DNA from: an uncultured Actinomycetota bacterium
Lineage (GTDB): Bacteria > Actinomycetota > UBA4738
Direction of reading: 5' to 3'
Assembly (NCBI GenBank): GCA_963770955.1
Contig: CAVYRK010000002.1
Location: forward strand, 485,381 to 549,380
Length of the DNA stretch: 64,000 nt
Shown here: positions 52,744-61,398 of the stretch, in pieces
How positions within the stretch are numbered: the stretch's first letter is position 1
Layout of the letters: every line of letters begins with the position of its first letter
Program-made: the position numbers and the translations under genes
Notes under the pieces: generated by a model
Told to the model about the DNA's origin: nothing
What the model saw: the letters and a program-made list of their open reading frames with translations, nothing else
Database searches by the model: none

Positions 52744-54224
52744 CGTGCTGCCTCCTCCGCGAGCACCGCGGGCAGGAGCGCCGCGGCTTTGTGGTTCGTC
52801 TCGGCGAGCTCGAGCTCCGGGTCCGAGTCCGCGACCACCCCGGCGCCGGTCTGCACAGTGGCCGCACCATCGTGGACGGTCACCGTCCGGATCGTGATGC
52901 AGAAGTCCAGGTCGCCGGCGAACGTCAGGTACCCGACCGCGCCGGCGTACGGCCCGCGTGCGGTCGGCTCGTGTTCCGCGATCAGCTCCATCGCCCTCCG
53001 CTTGGGCGCGCCGGTCACCGTCCCGGCGGGGAACGCGACGGCCAGCGCGTCCAGCGCGTGCAGGTCTGGCCGCAGCTCGCCCTCGACCGTCGACACGATG
53101 TGCATCACCTTCGTGAACCGCTCGACCTCCATCAGCTCGGTCGGCCGCACGCTGCCGGGGACGCAGACGCGGCCGAGATCGTTCCGCGCCAGGTCGACCA
53201 GCATCGCGTGCTCGGCCTGCTCCTTCGGGTCGGCCAGCAGCTCGTGCTCGAGCAGGCGGTCGCGCACCTCGGTCTGCCCGCGGGGCCGGGTGCCGGCGAT
53301 GGGCCGCGCCGACACCTTCCGTCCCTCCACCCGGACGAGGGGCTCCGGTGACGAGCCCGCCAGCTCGACCCCGAGCATGCGCAGGAAGAACATGTACGGC
53401 GCGGGGTTCGTCACGCGCAGCCGCCGGTACACCGGAAAGCCCCCGGCCGGGGCGGGGAACGCGAGCCGCCGCGAGGGCACGCCCTGGAAGATGTCGCCGG
53501 CCAGGATGTGCTCCTTGAACGAGGCGACGATCTCCCGGTAGCGCTCGTCGGACATGTTCGGGGTCCCGCCGGGCACCCCCGGCGGGAGGCCGTCGGGGAG
53601 CCGCGCCGGGGCAGGGGCCACGGCCCCGCCGATCCGGTCGGCCATGTCCCGGAGCGCGGCGACCGCCTGTGCGTAGCCGCCCGCCGGCGCGTGGGCGACC
53701 AGCAGGAGCCGCTGCCGCCAGTGGTCGAACACCACGGCCCGGTCCACCAGCAGCAGGCCGATGGGCGGGCAGGGGGCGTCCCCGGGCGAGGGCGCGGGAT
53801 GGCCGTCGAGCAGCGTCGCCGCCTCGTAGCTCAGGTACCCCATCAGGCCGCCGATGAGCGTCGGCAGGTCGGGGAGCCGTGGGCCGCGGAGCGCGCCGGC
53901 GAGCTCCTTGAGCCGGCCCAGCGGCGTCGCCGCTTCCGAGTCAGGTGGAAGGGGAACGTCGCGGGTCTGTCGCTCGACGCGAAGGCCGTCGCCGTCCACC
54001 ACCACGACGGCGGCCGGGTCGCCGGCGACGAACGAGTAGCGGCCCCAGCGCTCCGAGCGCTCCACGCTCTCGAGGAGGATGCCCGGGCCGTCGGCGGCCA
54101 GCGCCGGGAAGGTCCCCACGGGCGTGGAGACGTCCGCCAGCAGCTCGGTCCAGACGGGCACCAGCGGCCAGTCCGCCGCGAGCGCGCCGAACTCGTCTTC
54201 GCCGGGGCGGATCAGAAGCTCCAT
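52740..54224 (-). CDS. trpE: Anthranilate synthase component I
   Basis: ATG 54224 behind GAGGAG within ORF 52740..54575. LLESVE...GRYSF feedback-site motif. PYMFFL, GTVTGAPK and GYLTFAGDLDFCITIRT. Confidence 0.88.
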   Translation of the reverse strand: MELLIRPGEDEFGALAADWPLVPVWTELLADVSTPVGTFPALAADGPGILLESVERSERWGRYSFVAGDPAAVVVVDGDGLRVERQTRDVPLPPDSEAATPLGRLKELAGALRGPRLPDLPTLIGGLMGYLSYEAATLLDGHPAPSPGDAPCPPIGLLLVDRAVVFDHWRQRLLLVAHAPAGGYAQAVAALRDMADRIGGAVAPAPARLPDGLPPGVPGGTPNMSDERYREIVASFKEHILAGDIFQGVPSRRLAFPAPAGGFPVYRRLRVTNPAPYMFFLRMLGVELAGSSPEPLVRVEGRKVSARPIAGTRPRGQTEVRDRLLEHELLADPKEQAEHAMLVDLARNDLGRVCVPGSVRPTELMEVERFTKVMHIVSTVEGELRPDLHALDALAVAFPAGTVTGAPKRRAMELIAEHEPTARGPYAGAVGYLTFAGDLDFCITIRTVTVHDGAATVQTGAGVVADSDPELELAETNHKAAALLPAVLAEEAAR

Positions 54225-54263
54225 GTCCGTCTCCTCGTCCGGGGGCGCCCGCCCCGGGACGTG

Positions 54264-54289
54264 AAAAGCCCCGGGTCGGTGCCCGGGGC
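54264..54289 (-). terminator. Intrinsic terminator/attenuator hairpin in the trpE leader
   Basis: The minus strand reads GCCCCGGG-caccga-CCCGGGGC followed by TTTT. It ends ~40 nt upstream of the trpE start. Confidence 0.6.
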
Positions 54290-54316
54290 CTCGTCGCGGT
54301 TCGCGTTCGCTGCTGG

Positions 54317-54424
54317 CTAGACGCGCGGATGCGCCGGGCTCCGGGATCTCCAGGACCACCGCCAGCGTTCCGCTCGACGTCGCCATCGTGCCGTGATTGT
54401 GCGGGGAGGCGGCGGTTCCGTCAA
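54317..54424 (-). promoter_or_regulatory. Candidate trp leader peptide ORF (Trp codons at 54385-83, 54364-62, 54358-56, 54352-50)
   Basis: Minus-strand frame from TTG 54424 to TAG 54319-17 reads MTEPPPPRTITARWRRRAERWRWSWRSRSPAHPRV. The start codon is uncertain. ATG 54386 is one base out of frame with the Trp run. Confidence 0.4.
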
Positions 54425-54459
54425 CCGCCGGGGGTCGATCCCGTATCCTTCCCCGGACC

Positions 54460-56173
54460 ATGCGTGCCTCCAAGCTCTTCGCGCCGACGCTGCGGGAGGC
54501 GCCCGCCGAGGCCGAGGCGGCGTCCCACGTCCTGCTGCTCCGCGCCGCGTTCGTCCGCAAGGTCGCCGCGGGCATCTACACGAACCTGCCGTTCGGGGTG
54601 CGGTCGATGCGGAAGATCGAGGACATCATCCGCGAGGAGATGGACGCCTCCGGCGCGCAGGAGATCCGCATGCCGATCGTGCTCCCGGCCGAGCCGTGGA
54701 AGGTCACCGGCCGCTGGCAGGCCTACGGCGACCTGATGTTCAAGCTCACGGACCGCCACGGCCGCGAGATGGGCCTCGGGCCCACGGAGGAGGAGGTCGT
54801 CACGCCGATGGTCGCCGCGGAGCTGCCCAGCTACCGCGACCTCCCCGTGAACCTCTACCAGATCGAGTGGAAGTACCGGGACGAGTTCCGCCCGCGGTAC
54901 GGCCTGCTGCGCGGACGCGAGTTCCTGATGAAGGACGCGTACTCGTTCGACCGCGACGAGGACGGCATGCGCGCGTCGTACGACGTGATGTACGAGGCCT
55001 ACAAGCGGATCTTCGATCGCTGCGGCCTGGAGTACCGGATCGTCGAGGCCGACCCGGGGCAGATCGGCGGCGGGGTGAACCACGAGTACCTGGCGGTCAC
55101 GGAGGCCGGCGAGGACACCTTCCTCTATTGCGGGTCGTGCGACTACGCGGCCGACCTCGAGGCGGCCACGCCGGGTTGGGGGGCGCCCGGGTCGCCGCCG
55201 CCCGCGGAGCCGCTCACCGAGATCCACACGCCGGACGCGGCCACGATCCAGGCGGTCGCCGACCTGGTCGGGCGTCCCGCCTCGGAGATGCTGAAGACCA
55301 TGCTGTTCGACGCGGGCGGGCAGACGGTGGCCGTGCTGCTCCCCGGCGACCACGAGGTGAACGAGGAGAAGGTCGCGCGGCTGTTCTTCCCGACGCTGGT
55401 CCGCGCGTTCGACGAGAAGGACTTCGGCGAGCGCGGGTTCGCCAAGGGCTACGTGGGCCCGCAGGGCATGCCGGGCGACGCCGTCGTCATCGCGGACCCG
55501 TCGGTCCGGCTCGGCGCGAACTGGGTGACGGGCGCGAACCGCACGGACCACCACGTGACCGGGGCGAACGAGGGCCGGGACTTCCGGGTGGATCGCTGGG
55601 AGGACGTCGTCCAGGCGGTGGAGGGAGACCCGTGCCCGGTCGACGGCGGGAGCGCTCCTTGCCGGCCGCGGCATCGTCGTCGGTCACATCTACCAGTTGG
55701 GGACGCGGTACTCCGAGCCGCTGAAGGCGACGTTCCTGGACGAGGACGGCACCGAGCAGCCGTACCTGATGGGCTGCTACGGGATCGGCATCTCGCGGAT
55801 CATGGCGGCCGTCGCCGAGCAGTACCACGACGACGGCGGGCTGACGCTGCCGCCGCAGGTCGCCCCGTACGAGGCCGTCGTGATCGCGACGAACATGGAC
55901 CAGCCGGCCGTGGTGGAGACCGCGGAGGGGCTGTACACGGCGCTCGGGCAGGCCGGGCGTCGAGGCGGTCTTCGACGACCGGGCGGTGACGGCCGGGCGT
56001 CAAGTTCGCCGACGCGGACCTCATCGGCTACCCGGTGCAGGTCGTCGTCGGCAAGCGCGGCGTCGAGGCCGGGACGGTCGACGTGAAGATGCGCGCCTCG
56101 GGTGAGCGGGCGCAGGTGCCGCTGGACGGGGTCGCTCTGGCGGTGCGCGAGCGGCTCGAATCGGCGCGCGTAG
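54460..56173 (+). pseudogene. proS: Prolyl-tRNA synthetase; three +1 breaks (~55648-55655, 55955-57, 55995-97). The natural stop is probably TAG 56171-73, which is out of frame as given.
   Basis: ATG 54460. Class II motifs REFLMKDAYSF, the editing insertion, GHIYQLGTRYS (ORF 55697) and [19 protein letters not shown] (ORF 56035). The length to 56170 matches bacterial ProRS. As read, the frame runs on to 56457. Confidence 0.9.
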
Positions 56174-56181
56174 GCGGGGCG

Positions 56182-56457
56182 ATGGCCGGCGTCCCGAAGG
56201 ACCTTCGCCGCTTCCTGGAGGGACGCCGGGACGTCGAGGCGGTGCTCCAGCGTGTCGGCCACGCGACGTACGACGTCGTGTTCGTGGACGGCGGCGGGGA
56301 GTGGACGCACTGGGTCGTCGAGTCCGAGGAGGCCGCGGCGTCGTTGGCGGAGGCCGCCGGCGCGCCGCTGCACATCGAGTGGACCGAACCGCTGTCCCGG
56401 CGCGTGAACGACGGCAACCCCTGGGCCGACCCGAAGGGCCAGCGCCGAGCGCTGTAG
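56182..56457 (+). CDS. Hypothetical 91-aa protein, or an in-frame C-terminal extension of proS as the sequence stands
   Basis: ATG 56182 behind [49 protein letters not shown]... No family recognised. Confidence 0.4.
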   Translation: MAGVPKDLRRFLEGRRDVEAVLQRVGHATYDVVFVDGGGEWTHWVVESEEAAASLAEAAGAPLHIEWTEPLSRRVNDGNPWADPKGQRRAL

Positions 56458-56491
56458 TCGCAGCGCTGTGACCTGCCCAGATCAAGGCCGG

Positions 56492-56500
56492 TGCTATACT
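56492..56500 (+). promoter_or_regulatory. Extended -10-like element TGCTATACT
   Basis: TGn + TATACT stands out in very GC-rich DNA. I saw no convincing -35. It lies 29 nt upstream of the hairpin at 56529. Confidence 0.3.
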
Positions 56501-56528
56501 TTTGCCCGAAAACGAAGGGCAGTTCCCG

Positions 56529-56557
56529 AAGGTGGGCTCGCGCCCACCTTTCTTTTC
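56529..56557 (+). terminator. Intrinsic terminator between proS and rimP, inside the rimP-nusA-infB leader
   Basis: AAGGTGGGC-tcgc-GCCCACCTT (9-bp stem) followed by TCTTTTC. It ends 14 nt before the rimP start codon. Confidence 0.7.
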
Positions 56558-56570
56558 GAGGGGGAATGCA

Positions 56571-57025
56571 GTGGACCTCGACGGGCTGGTGCGGGGGGTC
56601 GTGGAGAGCGCCGGCATGGAATTGGTCGAGGTCTCGTTCGGCAAGGAGCAGGGGCGAAAGGTCCTGCGCGTCTCGGTCGACCGCGAGGGCGGGGCCGACC
56701 TGGACGCGATCGCCGAGGTGAACCGACGCCTCGCGCGGCGTCTGGACCTGGAGGGCTTCGACCCGGGACCGTACTCGCTGGAGGTCGGTTCCCCGGGCAT
56801 CGAGCGCCCGCTTCGTTCCCCCGAGGAGTTCGCTCGCCGCGTCGGCGAGCGGGTGAAGGTGAAGACGACCCGTCCCGTGGACGGGGCTCGGACGCTCGAG
56901 GGAACGATCGTGGCGGCGGACGAGCAACAACTGAAGATCGCGACGGACCAGCGAGGAGCGCGACGATCGCGTTCGAGGACATCGCTTCCGCGAGGACCGT
57001 ATTCGAGTGGGGTGGCGTGAGATGA
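56571..57025 (+). pseudogene. rimP: Ribosome maturation factor RimP; one -1 break ~56955-56965
   Basis: GTG 56571 behind GAGGGGGA. VESAGMELVEVSF...LRVSVD...YSLEVGSPGIERPL is in ORF 56502. The C-terminus TIAFEDIASARTVFEW is in the ORF 56468..57025 frame. Confidence 0.88.
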
Positions 57026-58286
57026 ATCAGGATCTGATCCAGGCGCTGAAGGAGCTCGAGCGCGAGAAGGGCATCTCGTTCGAGACGATCCTGGCCGGCC
57101 TCGAGGAGGCCCTGGCCGCCGCCTACAAGACGTGGAAGCGCGGGTTCGGCATCGAGCACGAGCCCGACGGCGCCCGCGTGCAGCTCGACCCCGAGACCGG
57201 GGAGATGCGCGTGTGGGTGCAGGAGCTCGACCCCGACACCGAGGAGGTCCTCTCCGAGAAGGAGGAGACCGTTCCCGACGAGTTCATGGGCCGCATCGCC
57301 GCGCAGACCGCGAAGCAGGTCATCTACCAGAAGCTCCGCGACGCCGAGCGCGAGATGACCTACGAGGAGTTCGCCGGCCGCGAGGGCGACATCGTCACCG
57401 GCATCATCCAGCAGGACCAGCGCAAGTACACGCTGCTCGACCTCGGCAAGGTCGAGGCCCTGCTGCCGCAGGCCGAGCAGGTGCCGTCCGAGCCGTACCG
57501 GCACGGCGAGCGCCTGAAGGCGTACATCGTCGAGGTCCGCAAGACCACCAAGGGTCCGCAGATCGTCGTGTCGCGGACGCACCCCGGGCCTGCTGCGCGC
57601 GCTGTTCGAGCTGGAGGTGCCCGAGGTGGCCGAGGGCATCGTGGAGATCAAGGCCGTGGCGCGCGAGCCGGGGCACCGTTCGAAGATCGCCGTGACGTCG
57701 CACGAGCCCGGGGTCGACCCGGTCGGCGCGTGCGTCGGCACCAAGGGGTCCCGCGTGCGCATGGTCGTGAACGAGCTGCGCGGCGAGAAGATCGACGTGG
57801 TCGAGTGGACGGACGACCTGCCCAGGTTCGTCGCGAACGCCCTGCAGCCCGGCCAAGGTGAAGGAGGTCCGCGTCGACCCCGAGACCGATGACGGCCGCG
57901 GTCATCGTGCCCGACTACCAGCTGTCGCTGGCGATCGGGAAGGAGGGGCAGAACGCCCGCCTGGCCGCCAAGCTGACGGGATGCCGGGTGGACATCCGGA
58001 GCGAGACGCAGGCGGCCGAGGAGGGACGGGCCCCGCGGCCCGCCGCCCCCGAGGCGCCCGCCGAGGCCGCGCCTGCGCCCGAGGCCGAGACGTGCCCGAG
58101 GCCGCGCGTGCCCGAGGCCGCGCTGGCCCGAGGCCGCGTCGTGCCCGAGGAGCCGTCGAGCCCGACGAGCCGGTGGCCGAGCGCCACGGAGCGCCGCCCG
58201 CGGAGCCGGTGGTCGACGCCACGGAGCCGAGCCGGCCGAGCACCGAGCCGGCCGAGGCATCGGCCGAGGAACCGGCCACGGCCTGA
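57022..58286 (+). pseudogene. nusA: Transcription termination/antitermination factor NusA; +1 breaks at ~57586-88, ~57848-53, ~57886-89, plus a net +2 shift inside the repeat at 58092-58157
   Basis: ATG 57022 overlaps the rimP stop. The S1 domain is in ORF 57007. KH1 [10 protein letters not shown]...[11 protein letters not shown] is in ORF 57617. KH2 [21 protein letters not shown] is in ORF 57889. The acidic tail ending ...EEPATA is in the ORF 57858..58286 frame. Confidence 0.9.
58092..58157 (+). repeat. Four tandem units GTGCCCGAGG(C/A)... spaced 16, 16 and 17 nt apart in the nusA tail
   Basis: GTGCCCGAGG at 58092, 58108 and 58141, and TGGCCCGAGG at 58124. The period is not a multiple of 3. 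Confidence 0.85.
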
Positions 58287-58297
58287 CCGGGTCCCGG

Positions 58298-58578
58298 ATG
58301 GCCGCCGCGACGACGGTTCCCGAGCGGACCTGCGTCGGCTGCCGCGAGGCCGGCGCCGAAGCCCTCGCTGCTTCGCGTGGCTCGGGCGCCGGGGGGCGCC
58401 GTCGCCGTCGACCCGACGGGCCGCGCGCCGGGCCGCGGGGCCTATCTGCATCGGGACCCGGCAGTGCGTGGGCGAGGCGTTTCGACGCGGGGGCATTGCC
58501 GGGGCGCTCCGGACTCCCCTGGGGAGCGCGGAGGCCGCTAGTCTTAGGCGGGACATCGAGGAGGAGTTGCGGGCGTGA
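58298..58578 (+). pseudogene. ylxR: YlxR/DUF448 family protein; two +1 breaks (~58345-58360, ~58458-58462)
   Basis: ERTCVGCRE is in ORF 58298. [34 protein letters not shown] is in a second frame. [16 protein letters not shown]...EELRA is in the ORF 57889..58578 frame. Confidence 0.82.
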
Positions 58579-60694
58579 GGGTTCACGAGCTGGCCAAGGA
58601 GCTTGGAGTCGAGAGCCGCGAGGTGCTCAGCTCCCTCGAAGTCATGGGATACGAGGGCCGCACGGCCTCGTCCACCGTGCCCGAGGAGGCCGTCCCACGC
58701 CTCCGCGCGGGTGGCGGCAAGGTCAAGCCCGGGAGCAAGCCGAAGGTGGCGGCCGAGAAGCCGGCCAGGCCCGCGCCGAAGAAGAAGGCTGCCGCCCGCC
58801 AAGGCGAAGGAGCCGGAGGGGAACGGGCAGGTCGCCCCCGAGGTCGCGGCCAAGGTCGTGGAGCCCGAGCCGGCCCCGGAGGCAGTCGTGCGAGATCCCG
58901 GAAGCCGCTCCGGAGCCCGCTCCCGCGGCGCCGGCTGCCGCGATCCGCGTCCCGCACGGGGCGACGCCGACGGAGCTCGCCGAGCGCCTGGGGGCCGAGC
59001 CGACGGACATCGTGAAGATCCTGCTGATGGCCGGCGAGATGGTCACCGTCACGCAGTCCCTCACCGACGACGCCATCGAGCTGGCGGCGTCCGAGATGGG
59101 CCGTGCCGTCGAGATCGTCGCCCCCACCGCCGCCGAGGCGGAGGAAGAGGAAGACGACGAGGTCGACGAGACGCGCCTGCAGCCGCGCCCGCCGGTCGTC
59201 ACCGTGATGGGCCACGTCGACCACGGCAAGACGCTGCTGCTCGACGCCATCCGCAAGACCGACGTGGTCGGCGGCGAGTTCGGCGGGATCACGCAGCACA
59301 TCGGCGCCTACCAGGTCCACCGGCCGGCCGCGAGATGACGTTCATCGACACGCCGGGCCACGAGGCGTTCACCGCGATGCGCGCCCGCGGCGCGGACGTG
59401 ACCGACATCGTGGTCCTGGTCGTCGCCGCCGACGACGGCGTGATGCCGCAGACGGTCGAGGCGCTGAACCACGCGAAGGCCGCCGGGGTGCCGATCATCG
59501 TGGCCGTCAACAAGGTCGACAAGGAGGAGGCCGACCCACAGCGGGTCCGCCAGCAGCTTGTCCGAGCAGGGCGTCGATCCCGGCGGAGTGGGGCGGCGAC
59601 ACCGAGTTCGTCGACGTGTCCGCGAAGACGGCCCAGAACCTCGACACGCCTGCTCGAGACGATCCTGGTGGTGGCCGACCTCCAGGAGTTGAAGGCCGAC
59701 CCAGAGGCGCGTGCCCGCGGCGTGGCCGTGGAGGCGCACCTGGACAAGGGGCGGGGCCCGATCGCCACGGTGCTCGTCCTGCGCGGCACGCTTCGCGTCG
59801 GCGACGCACTCGTGTGCGGCGCAGCCTGGTGCCGCGTGCGGGCGATGTTCGACGAGAACATGGCGGCCGTGCAGGAAGCCGGGCCGGCAAAGCCCGTCCA
59901 GGTGCTGGGCTGGTCGCACGTCCCGGAGGCGGGCGACGACTTCCGGGCGGTCTCGGACGAGACGGAGGCCCGTCACCTCGGGGAGGAGCGCGGCACGAAG
60001 CTGCGCGCCGCCGAGTTCGCCGCCTCGCGCCCCGGCGCGGCGTCGCTGTCCGACCTGCTGCGGCTGGCGCGCGAGGGCGAGCTGCCGTCGCTGAACCTGA
60101 TCATCAAGGCCGACGTCCAGGGCACGCTCGAGGCGATCGTGGACGCGCTGGACAAGCTGCCCCAGGACGAGGTCCGCGTGCAGGTGTTGCACCGCGGCGT
60201 CGGCGGCATCAACGAGAACGACATCTCGCTTGGCCGCGGCGTCCGGCGCCATCGTCATCGGGTTCAACGTACGGCCCGACCCCACCGCGCGGGAGATGGC
60301 CGCCAAGGAGGGCGTCGACCTCCGCCTGTACCGCGTGATCTACCAGGCGCTGGACGACATCCGGGCGGCGCTCGCCGGCATGCTGACGCCGGAGGAGCAG
60401 GAGGTCGAGCTCGGCCGGGCCGAGGTTCGCGAGCTCTTCCGCACCCCGCGCGGCGTGATCGCCGGCTGTCGCGTGACGCACGGGACGATCACGCGCAACT
60501 CGCCGGCCCGGCTGGTCCGCGACGGCACGGTCCTGTACACGGGCCGGGTCGGGTCGCTCCGCCGCTTCAAGGACGACGTCCGCGAGGTGGCCGAGGGGTT
60601 CGAGTGCGGGATCGGCCTCGAGAACTACCAGGACGTGCACGAGGACGACGTGATCGAGACGTTCGAGGTCCGGGAGGTCGCCCGGACGCTGTAG
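58575..60694 (+). pseudogene. infB: Translation initiation factor IF-2; 7 frame breaks (~58795 +1, ~58890 +1, ~59325 -1, 59558-59 +1, ~59579 +1, ~59649 +1, 60230-31 +1)
   Basis: GTG 58575 overlaps the ylxR stop. [74 protein letters not shown] and VIGFNVRP...GVIAGCRV...FECGI are scattered over ORFs 58575, 58603, 58298, 60230 and unlisted frames. Confidence 0.93.
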
Positions 60695-60721
60695 ATGCGT
60701 ACCGCGCGCCGGGAGGGACGA

Positions 60722-61019
60722 ATGCTGGTGGCCGCGGCTCGGTTCGACCTGCGGGTGCCCGGTTGCACATCGCTGAAGGAGAAGCGGCACGTGGTGAAGA
60801 CGCTCATCGCCTCGCTCCGCGGGAAGTTCAACGTCGCGCGTCGCCGAGGTCGACCACCAGGACCTGTGGCAGCGCACGGCGATCGGGGTGTCGGCCGTCG
60901 CCGGCGAGCGCTACCACCTGACCAAGGTGATGCACGAGATCGAGCGGCACGTCGAGCGCTTCCCGGGGGTCGAGCTGATCGACGCCGAGGTCTCGCTGCA
61001 CGCGCCGGACGACGAGTAG
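60722..61019 (+). pseudogene. DUF503 family protein; one +1 break ~60835-60841
   Basis: ATG 60722 behind GGGAGGGA. MLVAAARFDLRVPGCTSLKEKRHVVKTLIASLRGKFNVA, then the shifted VAEVDHQDLWQRTAIGVSAV... to TAG 61017-19. Confidence 0.82.
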
Positions 61020-61029
61020 GGAGCGGACG

Positions 61030-61398
61030 ATGGGCACGGGCACCAGGCCCGATCGCGTGGCGGAGGAGTTCCGGGAGATCCTTGCCGAGGAGATTCCCCG
61101 GCTGAAGGATCCGCGTGTGGGGTTCGTGACGATCACCCATGTGGAGGTGACGAGCGACCTGCGGCACGTGATCGTGTACTACACGGTCCTGGGCGACGAC
61201 TCGGCGCGGCGGCGCACGCGCGCGGGCCTCATCTCCGCGACGGCACACCTGCGCACAGCTCTCGGCACCAGGTCCGCATGAAGTACACGCCCGAGGTGGA
61301 GTTCGAGGAGGACGTGGGATTGACGCAGGTCGAGCGCGTGTCGCAGCTGCTCAAGCAGATCGACTCCGGAATCGAAGAAGCCGGCGGACGGCGAATGA
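61030..61398 (+). pseudogene. rbfA: Ribosome-binding factor A; -1 break ~61262-61268 and a probable +1 near 61370-61385 (the natural TGA 61396-98 is out of frame as given)
   Basis: RVAEEFREILAEEI..LKDPRVGFVTITHVEVTSDLRHV is in ORF 61030. MKYTPEVEFEEDVG is in ORF 61278, which then runs without a stop into the next gene. Confidence 0.88.

Noticed and set aside
54224-54386. An N-terminally extended TrpE starting at ATG 54386 (in frame with trpE)
   Set aside because: The extension (MATSSGTLAVVLEIPEPG...) would be translated through the terminator hairpin and has no SD. ATG 54224 has GAGGAG at proper spacing and gives a typical TrpE N-terminus.
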